Shown one piece after another: positions 18,169-24,271 of a DNA stretch of 32,000 bases (its first letter is position 1; the number at the start of each line of letters is the position of its first letter). The notes under the pieces are model-generated. The model searched no databases and had not been told where the DNA came from. It was given only the letters and a program-made list of their open reading frames with translations. This stretch comes from Candidatus Pacearchaeota archaeon (lineage in GTDB: Archaea; Nanobdellota; Nanobdellia; Pacearchaeales; UBA284), in contig CP061211.1 in NCBI GenBank assembly GCA_026016245.1, positions 300,001 to 332,000 on the forward strand, read 5' to 3'. Position numbers and translations under genes: made by a program.

Positions 18169-18308
18169 TAACGAAGTGAAACCTTTTATCGTTTGTTAGA
18201 TGAAGTGTGAAGCATTTTGTGAGTTTTCGTTGGTCGGATAAAAGAAGTTGCCGAAGGCGATTTTGGTGGAGAAACCTGCAAGGCTCTGAAACCGTTAAAT
18301 TCCTGTTA
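18169..18308 (+). repeat. attC-like junction site E/F (left arm weak)
   Basis: GTAAC ... CCGTTAAATTCCTGTTA; internal GCC-GAA-GGC hairpin. Confidence 0.55.
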
Positions 18309-18403
18309 TGCTCTCCCGATAGGGCAAAATCCAAAGGATTTTGAGTTGCGAGGCGGCGCGAATTTTAGATAAATTTATTAATATTTAGATTATAGTTTAT
18401 GAT

Positions 18404-19552
18404 ATGGCACAAGGAAGGAGTATGGATATTGAAACTGCAAAGAAGTTTTTAAGACGAAACTTTGAAATTTTTAAAAATTATAATAAAGAATTGAGGGTTT
18501 TCAAGATAACTGGAAAAGAAGCATTTCTTTTGTCCATGTATTCCGAAGCATTCTTTATATTAGATGAGACATATCATTTTAAATTTTCAAGGAATTTTAA
18601 CTCCGTCTCCGCTGACCTTGAAACAGTGGATGTCATCAAACAAGAATGGGACAATGATTTTTGTGTACCTATCCCAATATTTTCAGCCCCAGCATCCTAT
18701 TATTTTCAAAAATTTATTGATTTAAATAATGAAAAATATCTATTTCTAATTGACAAAAGAGAGTTTATAAAAGGAAAGAAAAATCCTTGGTTTGATTTCA
18801 AAGAGCTGGTAGGATATCTTAAGAATAGAATATCAGATAATAAAACAATTGGACTTAAAGATTGTATTATCTGGTTAACTTCTAGCAATGGAACTTTCGG
18901 TGAAGATTTCTGGGAATATGTAGGTGGGCTAGTTTTAAAAGAAAAAGGGTATATTGTAACAGGGTACAAGTTGTCAACTAATGACTTAGCAGCATATTAT
19001 ATTCCAGATTATATTAATAAATTGGTTAAGAGAGGATTTTTATCCAAAGGTGCATTTATAGAGGAATTAGAAATGTTGGAACAAAAATCAAACAATATAA
19101 AATTAGACTTACCAGAAATAAAAGATTTTGAGTTAGTAGCTATAGAAGCCGAATCTAGTGATATAAATACTAAAAAGGATGATACTGGACATCACGCCAT
19201 AAAGTATCTATCTGACTATAGGGCAGGGTATACTCATGCATTTACAGTAGGTCCATTTGTCAAAGCATCTAATTATCAAAACCCAAAAATTGGTTTAATT
19301 AGTTTTGATGAAACAAAAAACTTTGAATTAGTATTTCGTCCAGGAAACGGGAATGAAGATAAAGTGCGAGAAGAAAGAGTGGAATTAATTAAAAATTTGA
19401 TAAAATGCTCACTACTTAAGAATCTTACTTTTGAAGAGAGATGTGAACTGATAGGAATTCAACCTACAAATCTTAGAGATTATTTTAAAAAGATTTTGAA
19501 TTTGGACATTGATATCATTCTGGACAAAATAGGTGAAAAATTAAATGTTTGA
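18404..19552 (+). CDS. Cassette F, hypothetical protein with C-terminal HTH-like end
   Basis: 382 aa ORF; ELVAIEAESS...; overlaps next gene by 8 nt. Confidence 0.7.
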   Translation: MAQGRSMDIETAKKFLRRNFEIFKNYNKELRVFKITGKEAFLLSMYSEAFFILDETYHFKFSRNFNSVSADLETVDVIKQEWDNDFCVPIPIFSAPASYYFQKFIDLNNEKYLFLIDKREFIKGKKNPWFDFKELVGYLKNRISDNKTIGLKDCIIWLTSSNGTFGEDFWEYVGGLVLKEKGYIVTGYKLSTNDLAAYYIPDYINKLVKRGFLSKGAFIEELEMLEQKSNNIKLDLPEIKDFELVAIEAESSDINTKKDDTGHHAIKYLSDYRAGYTHAFTVGPFVKASNYQNPKIGLISFDETKNFELVFRPGNGNEDKVREERVELIKNLIKCSLLKNLTFEERCELIGIQPTNLRDYFKKILNLDIDIILDKIGEKLNV

Positions 19553-20153
19553 AATAAGTAAAGCAATAATACAATCGAAAATTAACAATTTCATGCAAAA
19601 ATTGAATATCTCATCACATGGCATATATACTGAATTGTATGATGGATTAAAAAATGGGAGTCCTGCTTATTCAAAGGGATTATACTTTCTAGGAGTATAT
19701 ATGGGAGGCATATTTATTTCAAAAGACATAGCACTCCACATCCTAGAATTAACAGAGGAGGAGTTTGATTTCATTATTGCACACGAACTTTCACATATTG
19801 TACTACAGCATTATCCAACATCTATAATTCTAGAATTACCAAATGTTATATTAACCAGCATTAAGGAAGACTGGGCGAAAATAACTAAATTGAGCATAGA
19901 TCTTATCAGATTAATGTTAATTCTGAAGGGAAGCCTTCCACCTAAAGAAAATATTAAAAAGAATCAAGAAATCGAAGCAGATATACAAGCAGTATATTTA
20001 ACTTATAACAAAGTATCAGCGATGTCATGTTTGAGAAAATTAGCCAAAGGGAATATTTTTTGTGGGTCTCATCATTCAAAAATATTTAATACGGATTTTC
20101 CCATTTTATATTTTAATGAAAGAATTTCTGCAATAGAACAATTGCAGTTATGA
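19545..20153 (+). CDS. Cassette F, M48-like zinc metallopeptidase domain
   Basis: FIIAHELSHIVLQH...NQEIEADIQAVYLTYN. Confidence 0.65.
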   Translation: MFEISKAIIQSKINNFMQKLNISSHGIYTELYDGLKNGSPAYSKGLYFLGVYMGGIFISKDIALHILELTEEEFDFIIAHELSHIVLQHYPTSIILELPNVILTSIKEDWAKITKLSIDLIRLMLILKGSLPPKENIKKNQEIEADIQAVYLTYNKVSAMSCLRKLAKGNIFCGSHHSKIFNTDFPILYFNERISAIEQLQL

Positions 20154-20183
20154 AGAATTCTAGCGCCGCCGAGCAATTAAATA

Positions 20184-20317
20184 TAACTTATAGAAGTAAG
20201 CGAAGTTGAATTTTCCTTAATTTTCTCTATGACAAAGGAATGAGAGTTAAAATTAGAGTTGAAAATTCAATTTGGGTGAAGCGAGGTGCAACCGAGCGTA
20301 ACCTCTTAATCGCTGTT
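20184..20317 (+). repeat. attC-like junction site F/G
   Basis: TAAC (weak left arm) ... CTCTTAATCGCTGTTA. Confidence 0.55.
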
Positions 20318-20368
20318 AAACTCTCCCATCAGGGATTGATTTTTAGTGCAACGTTCCGGAGGGAAATT

Positions 20369-20989
20369 TCAGAGTTTGCCCCCGAGCGTCTTCTTTAATT
20401 TATCCCAAGAAATAATTTTTGCCCAATTTAATAAAGGAGGATTATTTAAAATCATTTTTGTCTCTTGTGGATTTCCAGAATACACATCAACTGCTTCTTT
20501 TAATATTTTAACATTATAACCGTGCCAAGTTAATTCTTGTGCTGTACAAAATACACAGCAATCAATAGTTAAACCAATCAAGACAACCTCATCCACTTCT
20601 TCAGGTTTACCAACTGTAGAATTTAACCACTTTGTAAAAGCTTTAGGATCTTGATATGGAAGTCCCGGTTTTTTGTTTGGATTGCCTATATTTTTTCTTG
20701 TCCAAATTGGAGAATTCATACATTTTATCCAAACATTTTTCAATTTTATATCTTCTGGGATTTCGGAAATATAACCCTCTTCTCCTGGACGAGTGGAATC
20801 ATCAAGATCGCCAGGACGAGGTTGTCGGTAATCTGAAATAATCTCAGCAATTTTAATATTGTTTTTTCTTAAAAAAGGCACAAGAATTTTTTTGATAAAA
20901 TCTACATTTGGATGTGGTCTGTAATGTTTACCACCTTTGGCACTAAATTCCTTCTGGAAATCCACTGAAATGATTTTTGTATTAGACAT
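20369..20989 (-). CDS. Cassette G, isochorismatase/nicotinamidase-like cysteine hydrolase
   Basis: IISVDFQKEF, VVLIGLTIDCCVFCTAQELTWHGYNVKILKEAV. Confidence 0.8.
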   Translation of the reverse strand: MSNTKIISVDFQKEFSAKGGKHYRPHPNVDFIKKILVPFLRKNNIKIAEIISDYRQPRPGDLDDSTRPGEEGYISEIPEDIKLKNVWIKCMNSPIWTRKNIGNPNKKPGLPYQDPKAFTKWLNSTVGKPEEVDEVVLIGLTIDCCVFCTAQELTWHGYNVKILKEAVDVYSGNPQETKMILNNPPLLNWAKIISWDKLKKTLGGKL

Positions 20990-21051
20990 AATCTTAAAGT
21001 TATTTCTGAATTTTATAAAAGTATTGAAAGTGAGGGGGGATTCTTTTCTAC

Positions 21052-21096
21052 CATAATAAATTTTAAATAACCTTGTTGTTTTGAATTATCGACGAA
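21052..21096 (+). repeat. 45-bp direct repeat, copy 2
   Basis: Identical to 12664-12708. Confidence 0.97.
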
Positions 21097-21131
21097 GATA
21101 TCCTAAAATTTTATGAGTCAATTACAGATAA

Positions 21132-21142
21132 AATCACTGTTA
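21132..21142 (+). repeat. Junction right arm G/H only (AATCACTGTTA)
   Basis: AAAATCACTGTTAGCAGACC resembles ACGGCTGTTAGCAGACCC at 22790-22806; no clear left arm. Confidence 0.45.
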
Positions 21143-21214
21143 GCAGACCGAAACCCGAACGAAGTGAGAGCCTGCAAGGCGTGGTCGAGAAAAATCTTTG
21201 ATTTTTTGAAGAAG

Positions 21215-21851
21215 TTCATTTCTGGCGGTACAATACATCGTGAATAATTTTTCTGATTTTTGGAAGTCTTTTTGATTCAAAATCTGGATGATCTTTAAAC
21301 CATTTGATGTTTTGTGGTGAGGGATGGGGAAGAACAAGGCAAAGCTCTCCTTTTAAAATTTGGTTATTAAAGATGAGATTAGTAAAGTTCTGATCGGGAA
21401 AAAGAAACTTGGCGGCGAGACCGCCAATGACAATGAAAAGTTGGGGGTTTAAAACTTCAAGCTCCTTGACAAGCCACTTTTTGGCGCAAATAATTGGTGG
21501 GTTTTTATCACCGGACTTTGTTTTTCCCGGATAGCAATGAGCAAGGGCGGTGATATAAAAGTTTTTTGGATTATAAAATTGCTTATCTGAAATTTGGTAC
21601 CACTTGTATTTTAATTTCTCCCCACCTTTATCGGCCCACAATTTACCTGTGGCATGGGCAGTATTAGAAGGAGCTTGGCTGATTTGCAAAATTTTTGCAT
21701 TTTGATTTCCACCAAAAACAGGGTTTGGTTCAAAGCCAAAAAGACTTCTACAATCTCTACATGCTTTAATTTCTCTAACTAATTCAGAAAAATTATTTGC
21801 CATATTTAACAAAGGAATAGATTTATATAAAAAGTTATCGCCAGAAATGAA
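21215..21851. repeat. Cassette H flanking inverted repeat
   Basis: TTCATTTCTGGCG (21215-21227) / CGCCAGAAATGAA (21839-21851), 13 bp perfect. Confidence 0.93.
21216..21803 (-). CDS. Cassette H, uracil-DNA glycosylase superfamily protein (start at 21803 preferred over 21866)
   Basis: CRDCRSLFG, ISQAPS, ALAHCYPGK, PQLFIVIGGLAAKFLF, VLPHPSPQNIKW. Confidence 0.82.
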   Translation of the reverse strand: MANNFSELVREIKACRDCRSLFGFEPNPVFGGNQNAKILQISQAPSNTAHATGKLWADKGGEKLKYKWYQISDKQFYNPKNFYITALAHCYPGKTKSGDKNPPIICAKKWLVKELEVLNPQLFIVIGGLAAKFLFPDQNFTNLIFNNQILKGELCLVLPHPSPQNIKWFKDHPDFESKRLPKIRKIIHDVLYRQK

Positions 21852-21858
21852 TTGCGTA

Positions 21859-21957
21859 TAACTCATGCAATTAACCGAAGTCGGAAAATTTCCGGTTACG
21901 GTAATTTTGCCAATTTTGGAAAGCGTGGTGCAACGAGCTTTCCGTATAGTTGCTGTT
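21859..21957 (+). repeat. attC-like junction site H/I
   Basis: TAAC(TCAT)GCAATTAACCG ... CCGTATAGTTGCTGTTA. Confidence 0.6.
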
Positions 21958-22016
21958 AAATTCCCCGAGCGTCAGCGAGGATGCAATGTGGTCGAGGAGC
22001 GTTAGCGACGAAGAAG

Positions 22017-22710
22017 TAAATTTGAAGTCCGTTCTATCTAATGAGCGACAGCGATACATCAAGATAACACATTGAGGGCGAACTCATTTTTTAGTAAGAT
22101 TTATTAAGATTTTCTACAAACTAATTGTTATATGGATGAAAACAAACTAATTACGATTGTAAAACCTTATTTAGATAACTGCCGAGCTGGTGATTGGAAT
22201 CATGCGTTAAGGGTTGTTAAATGGGTTAAAGTATTGGGCGAGGGAAGAGATGATTTAGGTTTGTTAATTACTGCTGCCTACATTCATGATATCGGATGGT
22301 CTAACATTTTGCCTAAAGGAAAAGTGGATTTTCAAGAAATGTTAAAATATGAAGAAAAAGCAAATGAAAATACACAAAGATTAGTAAAAGAAGTTTTAGG
22401 CAAAATGGAATTTAATGAAGAAGATATCAATACAGTAATTCGATTAATTAAGGCAGCAGATAAACATGATTCAGAAAAAGATGACGAGGTAATTATCGTT
22501 GATGCAGATAGCTTGAGCAAATTATGTGTTGAGCATGTTGAGGAAAAATATACTCCCGAAAGCTATCAAGAAGTAATTAGTTTGTGGGAAAGAGAGTTTC
22601 CAAAAAGATTTAAGACAGAAAAAGGCAAATCTCTTTACCCTGAATTATTAGAAAATCTGAAAAAAAATCTTTTATGAGTTCGCCCCTTCTATTTTAGGAC
22701 TTCAAATTTA
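22017..22710. repeat. Cassette I flanking inverted repeats
   Basis: TAAATTTGAAGTCC (22017-22030) / GGACTTCAAATTTA (22697-22710), 14 bp perfect; GGGCGAACTCAT (22076-22087) / ATGAGTTCGCCC (22674-22685), 12 bp perfect. Confidence 0.96.
22132..22677 (+). CDS. Cassette I, HD-domain phosphohydrolase-like protein
   Basis: WNHALRVVKWVK, LITAAYIHDIGW, ADKHDSEKDDEVIIVDADSLSKL. Confidence 0.8.
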   Translation: MDENKLITIVKPYLDNCRAGDWNHALRVVKWVKVLGEGRDDLGLLITAAYIHDIGWSNILPKGKVDFQEMLKYEEKANENTQRLVKEVLGKMEFNEEDINTVIRLIKAADKHDSEKDDEVIIVDADSLSKLCVEHVEEKYTPESYQEVISLWEREFPKRFKTEKGKSLYPELLENLKKNLL

Positions 22711-22717
22711 TTGAGTT

Positions 22718-22799
22718 TAACATCTGCCATTAAAAGAAGTTTTTTGCGAAGCAAAAAATTTGGAAAAATTCGCCAGAGTTTCTCTTTTAACGGCTGTTA
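22718..22799 (+). repeat. attC-like junction site I/J (shortest, 82 nt)
   Basis: TAACA(TCT)GCCATTAAAAG ... CTTTTAACGGCTGTTA; internal TTTTTTGC-GAA-GCAAAAAA. Confidence 0.78.
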
Positions 22800-22845
22800 G
22801 CAGACCCGACGGAAAGGAGGGCAAGGAAGTGAAGATTCCGCAGAG

Positions 22846-23423
22846 TCGGGCGAAGAGGCACTAAACTAGTTTAGAAATAATATCATCAATTTTCTTTTCT
22901 ATATCACCAGAAGAATTGTCGATGGTAATATGCGGTTCTTTGATTGGTTCAAATTCTTTTCCGCGTAATTTATGAATTTTGAAATGTGGGGTACCACCTC
23001 TATCTCTATCTCTAACTCTTTCGTAAAGCCGTTTAGAAACTATTTTCTCATCACAGGTAACTTCAATTGGAATATAATTAGATCCGGTCTCTTCTGTAAG
23101 TTTTTTTGCACCCTTTCTAAATTCTTCACGATTGAATAAAGTATCTATAATGACTGATTCATCATTTTCTAGCAATGATCTTGCTTTGTCAAACATCCGT
23201 TTGTAATTTCTAACCCTAAATTCATGTGGCCAAGGTTCCGGAGGTTTTTCTTCTGATTCTGCCATAACTTCACTACCTCTAATATGTTTATAGCCTGTTT
23301 TTTGAGAGATTAAATTGGCGATGTAGGTTTTTCCAACTCCTGTATTTCCACACATTATAATTAGATTGGCCATATTCATCATATAATAGTTTAGTTATTT
23401 AAAATTTATGCCTCGGAGCCCGA
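22846..23423. repeat. Cassette J flanking inverted repeats (interrupted)
   Basis: CAGA.TCGGGC....AGGCA (left, to 22860) against TGCCT....GCCCGA..TCTG (23409-23429). Confidence 0.7.
22861..23382 (-). CDS. Cassette J, P-loop AAA/kinase-like protein
   Basis: ANLIIMCGNTGVGKTYIANLISQKTGYKHI; REEFRKG; VIIDTLFNREEFR. Confidence 0.75.
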   Translation of the reverse strand: MMNMANLIIMCGNTGVGKTYIANLISQKTGYKHIRGSEVMAESEEKPPEPWPHEFRVRNYKRMFDKARSLLENDESVIIDTLFNREEFRKGAKKLTEETGSNYIPIEVTCDEKIVSKRLYERVRDRDRGGTPHFKIHKLRGKEFEPIKEPHITIDNSSGDIEKKIDDIISKLV

Positions 23424-23430
23424 TTTCTGC

Positions 23431-23582
23431 TAATATCGGAATTAAAAGAAGTTTTTTCTTCAGAGCTGGACGAGGCTGAGGCACACCACAACCGAGACCC
23501 TCGAAGAAAAAATTTGGGAGAACAACGAATTTTGCTTGGCAAAATAGCGAAACGGTCGTTGTGAACCTTTTAATTCCTGTTA
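23431..23582 (+). repeat. attC-like junction site J/K
   Basis: TAATA(TC)GGAATTAAAAG ... CCTTTTAATTCCTGTTA; shares AACGAATTTTGCTTGGCAAAATAGC with site C/D. Confidence 0.78.
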
Positions 23583-23626
23583 GTTTCTCCGACCCTACAA
23601 AGTGGGGTCGGATTGCGTCCGCAAAG

Positions 23627-24173
23627 TTTTTTTGGGCAAAATTACATCAAGAACGAAGTTCAATTAAGTTAAAAGAATAGGGGGCAAGAAGACTAAAAAT
23701 GTCTTAAATTAGCCAATGACATTCTTTCTCTATTTGTATCACATAGGGCAACATAATCGTCCAAATTCCCGCAATTTTTTGTAACTACTCTTGCTGTTTG
23801 CCTATCACACCAGTCTAGAATTGTAGTTTCGAAGGCTCTGTCATCATATCCGTGTTCGGAGACTGAATTTTCTAATCTACGTCTTAATTTAAATTGTTTT
23901 GCTGTAGAATGAACACATATCAAAGAGCCGAGAATATTAATACCTATTAAGAGTGGTTTGTCATAAGTAAAGGGAATTGGTCCAGCATTCATCAGAAAGA
24001 GGGTTTCACCTACAGGAGCAGTTCTATAAAAATCTGCAATATATTCCAATCCCGCTTTAATTTTCTCAATCATATAAATATTAGAAATGCTGGACTATTT
24101 AAAGGTTTTGATTATGTTATCTTTAAATAGTAGTAAATATTTCTTGCCCCATCTACTATTTTGCCCAAAAAAA
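23627..24173. repeat. Cassette K flanking inverted repeats
   Basis: TTTTTTTGGGCAAAAT (23627-23642) / ATTTTGCCCAAAAAAA (24158-24173), 16 bp perfect; GGGGCAAGAA (23681-23690) / TTCTTGCCCC (24141-24150), 10 bp perfect. Confidence 0.97.
23693..24073 (-). CDS. Cassette K, hypothetical protein
   Basis: 126 aa ORF without recognised family. Confidence 0.55.
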   Translation of the reverse strand: MIEKIKAGLEYIADFYRTAPVGETLFLMNAGPIPFTYDKPLLIGINILGSLICVHSTAKQFKLRRRLENSVSEHGYDDRAFETTILDWCDRQTARVVTKNCGNLDDYVALCDTNRERMSLANLRHF

Positions 24174-24179
24174 TTGAAA

Positions 24180-24221
24180 CTAACACCTATTTCCCGAAGT
24201 AATATAGCGGGAAATAGTTAG
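24180..24221 (+). repeat. Terminal junction-like palindrome next to recombinase
   Basis: CTAACACCTATTTCCCG-aagtaatatag-CGGGAAATAGTTAG; 10-bp perfect stem, 3 extra nt in the left arm. Confidence 0.8.
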
Positions 24222-24242
24222 ATATGATGAAAAGACGAAATG

Positions 24243-24250
24243 TTTAAATA
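24243..24250 (+). promoter_or_regulatory. Archaeal TATA box candidate for recombinase (leaderless-type spacing)
   Basis: TTTAAATA about 25 nt upstream of ATG 24272. Confidence 0.5.
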
Positions 24251-24271
24251 TTTCTTTAAGTAAGAAAAATC

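Larger units (their letters stand above)
18352..20170. repeat. Cassette F flanking inverted repeat
   Basis: GGCGGCGC (18352-18359) / GCGCCGCC (20163-20170), 8 bp perfect plus offset GAATT/AATTC. Confidence 0.7.
12726..24220. mobile_element. Integron-like cassette array: about 11 gene units bounded by CTGTTA-type junctions with hairpin-rich attC-like sites
   Basis: Recurrent junction arms (TAACA..ATTAA / TTAAT..CTGTTA), cassette-specific inverted repeats around single genes, GC shift at every junction, unrelated cargo genes in both orientations, tyrosine recombinase at right edge. Confidence 0.72.

Noticed and set aside
18062-18334. ORF 90 aa minus strand within junction E/F
   Set aside because: Overlaps junction hairpins and cassette-end repeat; no protein-like features.
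21140-21337. ORF 65 aa minus strand overlapping cassette H start of repeat region
   Set aside because: Overlaps the glycosylase gene out of frame and the junction; likely spurious.
21871-22062. ORF 63 aa minus strand in junction H/I
   Set aside because: Entirely inside junction palindromes; spurious.
12726-24220. CRISPR array
   Set aside because: Repeats are not short and regularly spaced with unique 30-40 nt spacers; units contain whole genes and the junctions only partially match each other.
12726-24220. Ordinary transposons with TIRs and transposases
   Set aside because: No transposase ORF between the repeats, the inverted repeats are private to each gene unit, and no consistent target-site duplications were seen.
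12661-24260. tRNA gene as integration target of the island
   Set aside because: No cloverleaf or conserved T-arm sequence recognised at either island edge by eye; a tRNAscan-SE run would be decisive.
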